Origin: an uncultured Deinococcales bacterium
GTDB lineage: Bacteria > Deinococcota > Deinococci > Deinococcales > JAAFIG01
Reading direction: 5' to 3'
Length of the DNA: 13,418 nucleotides
Assembly (NCBI GenBank): GCA_964244895.1
Contig: CAXTKV010000006.1
Coordinates: 1 to 13,418, forward strand
Below, one piece after another: positions 1 to 6,841 of this stretch; the first letter of the stretch is position 1; every line of letters starts with the position of its first letter. The position numbers and the translations under genes are program-made. The notes beneath the pieces were generated by a model that saw only the letters and a list, made by a program, of their open reading frames with translations, did not search any database and was not told the origin of the DNA.

Positions 1-72
1 GTGCGGGTTACGGTTTTCGATAGCACCGTCACGCTCGAGATTCCGCGCGCCTCACCGGAGAAACCTCGATGA
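1..72 (+). CDS. 3' end of an upstream gene (partial; ...VRVTVFDSTVTLEIPRASPEKPR*)
   Basis: Frame 1 is open from the window edge to TGA at 70-72, which overlaps the next ATG (69-71) as ATGA, the usual translational-coupling arrangement. Too short to assign a product. Confidence 0.6.
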   Translation: MRVTVFDSTVTLEIPRASPEKPR

Positions 73-2819
73 ACCACACCGACCCAGCCACCGTGCAATC
101 CGATGAAACGCGTGCCCGCGTCGATGCCGCGCTCGGGTCTGGAACGCCGGAGGCTGTCTGGCCAACATCCGCCGCCGATGTCGCACAAGCGTTGGAGCGA
201 TCCCTCGCAACCGACGCGCAAGCGAAACGCCCCCAGAAAACACCGTCCAGCGCGCACGTCGATATTCGCGTCCCGGACGGTGTCACCGAGAAGGTTCCCC
301 CGAGCCGAACGCCTTCGGTCGCCCCCGGACGCCCGATCCTCGACGCGCTCACAGGCCTGCGGTTGTTCCTGGCGCTGAACATCATGAACTATCATTTCGG
401 TCTCGAGCAGTTCAAGGGCGCCCCAGCTTTCATCCGCAACATCGCCGATGCCGGGCACGTCGGCGTGAACCTGTTCTTCGTCATGACCGGGTTCATCCTC
501 AGTTACGTCTACCTGGATGCGAAAGGCGCGAGGCCGCTGAACGCCCGGCGCTTCTGGATCGCGCGCTTCTCGAGGCTCTATCCAGTTTACCTGCTCGGGT
601 TGCTGTTGTGGTTGCCGTTCTTGCCGCAAAAAATTGCCGATGAGAAACTCACCGGCTTCACCATCTTCGGCGTTCTGCTGAGCGTGCCATCGCTGACGCA
701 GGCGTGGTTTCCGGGTGCGGCCTGCCAGTGGAACTGTCCGGGATGGAGCGCCAGCACGGACGCCTTTTTTTACCTCGTCTTTCCACTGGTCGCGGCGTTC
801 CTTTACCCCCGGATTCGCTTCGACGGGCCGTGGAAGATCCTCGCCTGGGTCGGCGGTCTGTGGCTCGCCTCGCTCGTTCCACCGGCGCTTTACATGTTCG
901 CCGAGGCCACCGGCGAGTTCGTCGGCGGGTATCACTTCTGGCTGGCGGCGCTCAAGTACCATCCGCTCGCTCGCACGCCGGAATTTCTGATCGGCGTGGT
1001 GCTGGGCAAATATTTCTTGACGCTGCTCGAGCGCGGCCCGATCTCGGAGCGCTGGGGACGGGCGGGAACGGTCGCGGTGGGCGCGGTATTTTTGGTGCTC
1101 AGTGTCAGCCCCATCGTGCCGTACCCGTTGTTGCACAACGGTCTGCTCTTGCCGCTGTTCGCCGTGATCGTGCTCGGGCTCGCCTCGGGTCGCGGCGCGT
1201 TGACGCGTTTCCTGTCGATTCCACGCTTCGTTCGTCTGGGCGAGGCCAGTTACTGCCTGTACATCCTGCACAACCCGGTCTGGGAAGCGCTCTACCGCAG
1301 CCTGACGGCGCTTGGCATGAACACGGACGATGGGCACGCGTTCTGGTTTTACGCGCTCTACGCGGTGGTCGCCGTCGGATTGTCCTCCGTCGCGTTTCAC
1401 AGCTTCGAGGTTCCGATGCGCGAGCTGTTGCGCGCGAAGTTCGACCCGACATCCGGCGCTCGGGCGGCTTCAGGGATCAGGCCACCGCGGGTCTGGCCGA
1501 CCTCGTTGCCGACCTCCTGGCGGGGCTGGCCGTGGGGAACGTTGATTTCTGGTGCGGCCCTGGTCGTGGGGCTGCTCAACCTCGCGCTTTACGGGCACGC
1601 CTTTCCGGCCCAGCGCCTCGGGATGCCGAGTCCGCCCGCCGTAACCGCATCCATCGAACCGCAAGTCGTGCAGCTGATTGACCCGAGAAAACTCGAGGGC
1701 GGGTTGGGCGCTGCGGGCTGGCGCGCGCTTTCGGGCGAGTGGAAGCTCGAGGGTGGTGCGCTGACGCAAAAAACCAGAGCCGGCTTCGATCACCTGGCGT
1801 ACTCCACGACCAGCTTGACGCCGCCTTACACGCTTCGCGCGCAGTTCCGCGCCCCGGACGGCGGCGGGGCTGGTTTATCCTTTAACGCTCCCGATCCCGG
1901 CACGCGCAACGGAGCGCAGGTCGTGCGCTACAGCGACGACGGTAAGGGGTTGCTGTGGGGCCAATTCGATGCGCGCGGCGAGTACGTCAATCAAGGCTCT
2001 GCCAGCTTGAAACCCGAGCAAGCCAACCTGCCGAACTCGCTCCACGCGCTCGAGATCGAAGCCGAGCAGGATGCCTACACGATTCGTCTCGACGGGGCGG
2101 TGATCGCCAGCGACGTGCCGCTCATCTCGGAATCCGGGCACGCCGGATTGCAAAGTTCCGTGGGGACGGTGGCCTTCGACGCGCTCGAGGTGAGAACCGG
2201 GAACTCGAGCGTCGCGTCGAAGGCGCGAGCGGTAACGCCGAGCCCGAGCGCGCCTCAGACCGCAGTCTCGACCGACCCGCCGCCCGCCATCAAGGCATCG
2301 TTCACGGCGACGTTCGAGCGCCAACCGCTCGACGCCGGTTGGATCGCGGTGGGCGGAGACTGGGCGCTCGAGGGCAGCACCTACGTCCAGCGCCGCGCGG
2401 AGGGCTACGATCAGGGTCTTTTTTACAATCAGACTTTCGGTGCGCCGTACGTGTTGCACGTGCGCCTGAGGCACACGAGCGGCAGCGGCGGCGGCGCGTT
2501 CTTCAACGCCGCTCAAGCGGGTTCAAAAAATGCCTCGGAGATGGTGCGCTTCACCGACGATGGGCACGCGGTCGCGTGGGGCTCCTACGATGCCAACGGC
2601 GCGTTTGCCGGGCAGGGTTCCGCGCCCGTCCCGGTTCCCGGTCAGGCCGCCCACGATCTCGAGATCAACGTCTCCCAGAGCGCCTTCACCCTCAAACTGG
2701 ACGACCGGATTCTCGCCAAAGACGTGGCTTTTCAGGCCCGGAACGGGTACATCGGGCTTCAGACTTCGATGAGCGCCGTGGCCTTCGAAGCCGTCGAGGT
2801 CAAGCCGGAGGCCAAGTGA
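69..2819 (+). CDS. Acyltransferase-3 (OafA/YrhL-like) membrane O-acyltransferase fused to two C-terminal ConA/LamG-like (DUF1080-like) beta-sandwich domains, 916 aa
   Basis: AT3 motifs LDALTGLR, GVNLFFVMTGFIL, FWIARFSRLYPVY, GWSASTDAFFYLVFP, LGEASYCLYILH and FEVPMR, with about 10 hydrophobic helices and one further TM. Two related ~155-aa all-beta repeats at about 1716-2192 and 2337-2801. GGAG at 57-60 and the ATGA overlap support the start. Confidence 0.88.
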   Translation: MNHTDPATVQSDETRARVDAALGSGTPEAVWPTSAADVAQALERSLATDAQAKRPQKTPSSAHVDIRVPDGVTEKVPPSRTPSVAPGRPILDALTGLRLFLALNIMNYHFGLEQFKGAPAFIRNIADAGHVGVNLFFVMTGFILSYVYLDAKGARPLNARRFWIARFSRLYPVYLLGLLLWLPFLPQKIADEKLTGFTIFGVLLSVPSLTQAWFPGAACQWNCPGWSASTDAFFYLVFPLVAAFLYPRIRFDGPWKILAWVGGLWLASLVPPALYMFAEATGEFVGGYHFWLAALKYHPLARTPEFLIGVVLGKYFLTLLERGPISERWGRAGTVAVGAVFLVLSVSPIVPYPLLHNGLLLPLFAVIVLGLASGRGALTRFLSIPRFVRLGEASYCLYILHNPVWEALYRSLTALGMNTDDGHAFWFYALYAVVAVGLSSVAFHSFEVPMRELLRAKFDPTSGARAASGIRPPRVWPTSLPTSWRGWPWGTLISGAALVVGLLNLALYGHAFPAQRLGMPSPPAVTASIEPQVVQLIDPRKLEGGLGAAGWRALSGEWKLEGGALTQKTRAGFDHLAYSTTSLTPPYTLRAQFRAPDGGGAGLSFNAPDPGTRNGAQVVRYSDDGKGLLWGQFDARGEYVNQGSASLKPEQANLPNSLHALEIEAEQDAYTIRLDGAVIASDVPLISESGHAGLQSSVGTVAFDALEVRTGNSSVASKARAVTPSPSAPQTAVSTDPPPAIKASFTATFERQPLDAGWIAVGGDWALEGSTYVQRRAEGYDQGLFYNQTFGAPYVLHVRLRHTSGSGGGAFFNAAQAGSKNASEMVRFTDDGHAVAWGSYDANGAFAGQGSAPVPVPGQAAHDLEINVSQSAFTLKLDDRILAKDVAFQARNGYIGLQTSMSAVAFEAVEVKPEAK
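239..284. repeat. 46-bp dispersed imperfect palindrome, copy 1 (inside the acyltransferase CDS)
   Basis: AACACCGTCCAGCGCGC-ACGTCGATATTC-GCGTCCCGGACGGTGTC; aligns without gaps to copies at 4515, 6781 and 13228. Confidence 0.85.
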
Positions 2820-4411
2820 GCGACCCGCGCCGCGAACCGATCTCGAACCAGAAACTCGTCGTCTGGATCGCGCTCCTGGCGCTGGGTGCGGTGCTCGCCT
2901 ACGGGCTGTCCAGGATCGTGATTGACCTTTTCGCGCGCGCACAGCGGGCCGAACGGCTCGAGTCGGCGCTCCACCTGGTCGAGCCGCGCGAGGCGCGACC
3001 GGGGACGCTGACCTGGTTGCCGGACGCGCTCGGCGGGTCGCGCCCGATGGAGCGCTTCACCCGCGAGGGCATCGCCAGCGATTACCTGCTGGCCCTCGAG
3101 GAACTGTCGTTCGCGCGCTTGACCAAGGACGGCTCCGGTTTGCGCTCGCACTTTCAGGAGGGCGCCCTCGAGGACGCGCTGGCCGCCTCGCTCGGGCCGC
3201 GCGCGCACGTCGTCAGCTGGGATCACCACCTGAAACTTCACTTCTACGCGCCGGATGCCGCGACGATCTCTTTTACCGACACGCACTGGTACGCGCAGGC
3301 CCTGGACGGCGATCCTGGGTCGGCGCGCATCGCGCGGCGCGAGATGGATGTCGTGATGCAGCTCGACGATGGCGATTGGCGAGTTCACCACTGGCGCGTG
3401 AACCGCGACGAAGAACTCGAGGCTCCGGTGAAACCGGACGAACGTTTGGCGGCGAAGCTCGCCGCCTTGCGCGGGGTGAACTACGTCGGGCGCAGCGCGC
3501 CGTTCGGTGGGTTCTGGCCGGGCTTCGAGACCTCCGAAGTCCGCTCAGATTTCAGGTTGGCGGCCTCGCTTCGGCTGAACGCGGTGCGGATCTTCATCCC
3601 GTACCCGACGCCGGAGGTCGCGTTCGAGCATCTTTCTCAGCTCCTTCAGATCGCGCGCGCGGAGCGACTCGGCGTGATCGTGACGCTTCTGGACGGCTTC
3701 ACCACCTATCGGCTCGAGGATCTGCCCGGCGCGATGGGCAGTTTAGAGCGGCTCTCGAGGGCGCTGCGCGACCCGGCGGTGATCGCCGTGGACATCAAGA
3801 ACGAAGCCGAGCGCGACGCGCCGAAGGCCGGATGGAACCGCATACGCCCGTTCCTGAACTTCGTGGCGATTTGGGTGCGCTCCCGGACGGGCAAGCCCGT
3901 CACGGCGGGCCTGAGCGACCCCGATCCCGAACTCGCGCGAAGTCTGGACTTCGTGACGATCCATCACTATGGGCTGCTCTCGGCGCTCACAAGCAGGCTC
4001 GAGCGCGCTGGAAAGACCGGCAAGCCCGTGCTGCTCGAAGAGTTCGGCTTTCACACGCAAGCCTCCAAATTGCCCGATCCGCACACGGAACTCGAGCAAG
4101 CGCAGTTCTACGCGGACGCCCTCAGGTTGCTCGGGCCTGCGCGGGTCGGTTTTTTCGCGTGGACGCTCCACGATTTTCCGTCCGGGCTGATGCCGGGTGC
4201 AGCCGAGGTCGAACGCCACCTGGGATTGGTGCGGCCCGATGGCAGCTTCAAGCCCGCCGCCCGCGTGCTGTTGGGCGAACCGCCAGAGCCGATCCCGTGG
4301 TGGGACAAACTGGCCAAACTCCAAGCGCTGCTCGGACTCTGGCCGGTGGGGCTGATCGCGGTGGTCATCTTCAGTCTGGTGTTCCGACGCCGGTATCGGG
4401 CGCGGGTTTGA
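2816..4411 (+). CDS. Membrane-anchored glycoside hydrolase, clan GH-A (GH5/GH2-like TIM barrel), with N-terminal TM plus extra domain and a C-terminal TM, 531 aa
   Basis: Likely start is GTG 2816, overlapping the upstream TGA (GTGA), with GGAGG at 2807-2811; the ORF track start at 1955 is shadow overlap. Motifs RGVNY, LNAVRIF, DIKNEA (acid/base E330), DFVTIHHY, PVLLEEFG (nucleophile E409), FAWTLHDF, HLGL. Hydrophobic segments at both ends, the last followed by RRRYRAR. Confidence 0.85.
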   Translation: MSDPRREPISNQKLVVWIALLALGAVLAYGLSRIVIDLFARAQRAERLESALHLVEPREARPGTLTWLPDALGGSRPMERFTREGIASDYLLALEELSFARLTKDGSGLRSHFQEGALEDALAASLGPRAHVVSWDHHLKLHFYAPDAATISFTDTHWYAQALDGDPGSARIARREMDVVMQLDDGDWRVHHWRVNRDEELEAPVKPDERLAAKLAALRGVNYVGRSAPFGGFWPGFETSEVRSDFRLAASLRLNAVRIFIPYPTPEVAFEHLSQLLQIARAERLGVIVTLLDGFTTYRLEDLPGAMGSLERLSRALRDPAVIAVDIKNEAERDAPKAGWNRIRPFLNFVAIWVRSRTGKPVTAGLSDPDPELARSLDFVTIHHYGLLSALTSRLERAGKTGKPVLLEEFGFHTQASKLPDPHTELEQAQFYADALRLLGPARVGFFAWTLHDFPSGLMPGAAEVERHLGLVRPDGSFKPAARVLLGEPPEPIPWWDKLAKLQALLGLWPVGLIAVVIFSLVFRRRYRARV

Positions 4412-4514
4412 GGGAACAGGCTGATCCAAGCCCAGTGCATCCCGCGAACTTCGCATGGCTTTCCATCCTCGAGACCATCCATCGCGTCTGGAAATGTTTT
4501 CAGCATGTACGACG

Positions 4515-4560
4515 AACACCGTCCAGCACGCTAAATCATCCGTGTGTGCTGGACGGTACT
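4515..4560. repeat. 46-bp dispersed palindrome, copy 2 (intergenic, between convergent genes)
   Basis: AACACCGTCCAGCACGC-TAAATCATCCGT-GTGTGCTGGACGGTACT; perfect 12-bp stem 4518-4529/4546-4557. Confidence 0.88.
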
Positions 4561-4695
4561 TTGATGCAGTGCTGATCGGAGCCATCCCTTCAACCGTGGT
4601 GCGTTCTGCACTCAGAGGCGCTGACTGGGATTCCAGAGTCCAGTCAAAAGATATTCGATCTCGTGCCAAAGTCTTCGAAGCTGAATCTCGAGGGG

Positions 4696-4720
4696 AGGGC
4701 AGGTCGCGGGCCTGCCCTAC
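4696..4720 (-). repeat. GTAG-type REP-like hairpin (may also serve as a terminator)
   Basis: Minus strand reads GTAGGGCAGGCCCGCGACCTGCCCT: a GTAG tetranucleotide followed by a GC-rich palindrome, the architecture of GTAG-family REPs. Only one copy in the window. Confidence 0.45.
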
Positions 4721-4802
4721 ATCAGACGGTTTTGTGCGTCTAGAACCTGTCCTTCGCCCGGTCGAGCAACAGGTTTCCCGATTCGCAAGAGGTGAACTGC
4801 CA

Positions 4803-5882
4803 TCAGACGTATTGCTCGAGTTCGGGAGTGGATTTCATGCGCTCGACCAGACGTTTGATGTCCTGCGTGCGATCCTTGCGGGCCACCAGCGTGACGTTGC
4901 CATCGCGCACGATTACCACGTCTTCCAAGCCGATGGTCACGATCAGGTCTTCGCCCGTGGTCGTGTACAGAATCGCTCCGGAAGTGTCCAGACCCAGGTG
5001 CCGACCGACGGTCGCGTTTTGTGCCGTGCCCTGAATCAGTCGCGCCAGGGCATTCCAGTCGCCCAGGTCATCCCATCCGAACTCGCTCGGGATGACCTGG
5101 ACTTTGGCTGAACGTTCCATGATGGCGCGGTCGAGCGGCAGTTTGGGTACGCGCTCGAAGGCCGCTTGGAGGGTTTCAGCGGAACCAGCCTGCGCAGGCT
5201 CGAGGGCTTCCAGGTACTCGGGAGCGTATTGCTCGAATTCTGCGATCAGGCGACCCACCCGGAACACGAACATGCCCGCGTTCCACAGGAATTGACCCGA
5301 GGTCAGGAAGCGCTCAGCGGTCTCGTGGTCGGGCTTCTCGACGAAACGGCTGGCGCGGTAGAGCGAGTGCGCTTCGAAGGTGCGGAGTCGCTGTGCCGTT
5401 TCGATATAGCCGTATCCGGTGGCGGGATAGGTCGGTGTGATGCCGAGCGTCACGATTCCGTCCTCGCTTCTGGCCGCGTCGATGGCGGCACTCACCGTGT
5501 TCACAAACCCGAGCGGGTCACCGATGTGATGATCGGATGGGAAAATTCCCACGATCGCGTCTGGCCCGTGGCATTCCTGGATTCGGAGTGCGGCCAGCAG
5601 TACCGCAGGGGCGGTATCGCGCGCCATTGGTTCAATCACGAGGTTGTCTTTCGGCAGATCGGGAAGGTGATCGAGGATCAAGTCCCGGTGGGCTGATCCA
5701 GCCACGATGTACAGCGACTCGAGGCCATCGCACAGCGGCATCAACCGATCCGCCGTGGCCTGAATCAAGCTGCGGCTCGTACCGTTGAGCCTCAGAAATT
5801 GTTTGGGTTTCGAACGGCGCGAAAGCGGCCAGAAGCGCTCACCGCTACCGCCTGCCAGGATCACCGGGATGAACTGCGTCAT
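4803..5882 (-). CDS. manC: Mannose-1-phosphate guanylyltransferase (monofunctional, no cupin PMI domain), 359 aa
   Basis: VILAGGSGERFWPLSR..PKQFL, EPMARDTAPA, FPSDH, GITPTYPATGYGYI, FVEKPD, WNAGMF, WDDLGDW; strong RBS upstream. Confidence 0.95.
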   Translation of the reverse strand: MTQFIPVILAGGSGERFWPLSRRSKPKQFLRLNGTSRSLIQATADRLMPLCDGLESLYIVAGSAHRDLILDHLPDLPKDNLVIEPMARDTAPAVLLAALRIQECHGPDAIVGIFPSDHHIGDPLGFVNTVSAAIDAARSEDGIVTLGITPTYPATGYGYIETAQRLRTFEAHSLYRASRFVEKPDHETAERFLTSGQFLWNAGMFVFRVGRLIAEFEQYAPEYLEALEPAQAGSAETLQAAFERVPKLPLDRAIMERSAKVQVIPSEFGWDDLGDWNALARLIQGTAQNATVGRHLGLDTSGAILYTTTGEDLIVTIGLEDVVIVRDGNVTLVARKDRTQDIKRLVERMKSTPELEQYV

Positions 5883-5888
5883 ACGTCT

Positions 5889-5897
5889 TACCTCCTC
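5889..5897 (-). promoter_or_regulatory. Shine-Dalgarno sequence of manC
   Basis: Minus strand TAAGAGGAGGTAAGACGTATG: AGGAGGT 7 nt before the ATG. Confidence 0.75.
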
Positions 5898-6056
5898 TTA
5901 TGTATCGGACTTCGGTCTGTGCAAGAACGCCGCAGGCCGCGTTGAAAGCCTCCAAGACGGTCTGTCACCGAGTTGGAAACCGCCGAACCAGAGTGCAGCC
6001 GAACCACCGAATAATGTGTTAGCGTCCCTTGAACGTTGCACAAGGAGAAGGATTGG

Positions 6057-6662
6057 ATGATTTACCGTCTCGGTACTCAAGGGCGTCGAATCGCTGAAAC
6101 CCTGCGCCACCAGATCCTTTCGGGCGAACTGACGCTCGGGGACAAACTGCCTTCCCACGAGGTGCTCGCCGAGGATTTCGGTGTGGCTCCCATGACCGTG
6201 CGTCACGCCCTGGCGTTCCTCGAAAGCGAAGGCTGGGTCTCGCGCGAGCAGGGAAGAGGAACCTTCGTCAGGGCCGCCTCTCGAGGGCGGGTGCTGCTCG
6301 TGGATGACGATCCCGAGGGCCTCGGGTTGCTCGAGCGCCTGGTGAGTTCGATGGGGTTCGCGGTGAGCGTCGCCGATGGCCCCAAGCGCGGCCTGGAATT
6401 GCTTTTGAGCCACGAAGGGTTCGGATTGGTGCTGAGCGATGTCAGGATGCCGACGGCTGCCGATGGCATCGAGTTCATTCGCGATGTTCGTCGCCGTTGG
6501 CCATCCGTCCCGCTGGCCGCGCTGACGGGTTTCCCCGACGATCTCGCCACGTTGCACGGCTCCCAGGATTGCCCCATCTTGATTCTGGCCAAACCTGTCT
6601 ACCCCTCGCATCTCGAGAGCGCCCTGGAGTTCGCGTTCGGTCGAAGGAAGCTCCACGGCTGA
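6057..6662 (+). CDS. Regulator with N-terminal GntR winged-HTH and C-terminal receiver (REC) domain, 201 aa
   Basis: GntR: ILSGELTLGDKLPSHEVLAEDFGVAPMTVRHALAFLESEGWVSREQGRGTFV. REC: VLLVDDD, LVLSDVRMP (phosphoacceptor D), ALTG, LAKP. ATG 6057 preceded by AAGGAGAAGG. Confidence 0.9.
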   Translation: MIYRLGTQGRRIAETLRHQILSGELTLGDKLPSHEVLAEDFGVAPMTVRHALAFLESEGWVSREQGRGTFVRAASRGRVLLVDDDPEGLGLLERLVSSMGFAVSVADGPKRGLELLLSHEGFGLVLSDVRMPTAADGIEFIRDVRRRWPSVPLAALTGFPDDLATLHGSQDCPILILAKPVYPSHLESALEFAFGRRKLHG

Positions 6663-6694
6663 GCTCCCAATCCGGGACGTTGCGCAGTTGGTCA

Positions 6695-6736
6695 CCTCAG
6701 CCAAAATCGCGTGTTCGGCAACCTGAGGCTCTTTTT
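6695..6736 (+). terminator. Possible intrinsic terminator after the GntR-REC gene
   Basis: CCTCAG(CC)...(GG)CAAC-CTGAGG bulged stem followed by CTCTTTTT; the loop is large, so support is weak. Confidence 0.3.
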
Positions 6737-6780
6737 CAGCGAACATTTTTTCTTTGATCACCATGCGATTTCTTTCTGAA

Positions 6781-6826
6781 AACACCGTCCAGGACGCAAA
6801 TTAACGCTTGTGTCCCAGACGGTGTT
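6781..6826. repeat. 46-bp dispersed palindrome, copy 3 (intergenic, 15 bp after the lipoprotein stop; may double as its terminator)
   Basis: AACACCGTCCAGGACGC-AAATTAACGCTT-GTGTCCCAGACGGTGTT; 34/46 identical to copy 2 without gaps. The minus-strand RNA folds with G-U pairs and ends GGUGUUUUC. Confidence 0.88.
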
Positions 6827-6841
6827 CCATCCATATGCGCC

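Noticed and set aside
1955..2815. N-terminal 287 aa of the 818-aa ORF in the track
   Set aside because: Arg-rich off-frame overlap with the acyltransferase; the GTGA overlap, RBS and TM helix place the real start at 2816.
4455..5111. 218-aa + strand ORF across the intergenic gap
   Set aside because: Runs antisense into manC, crosses several hairpins, and has no RBS or domain signature.
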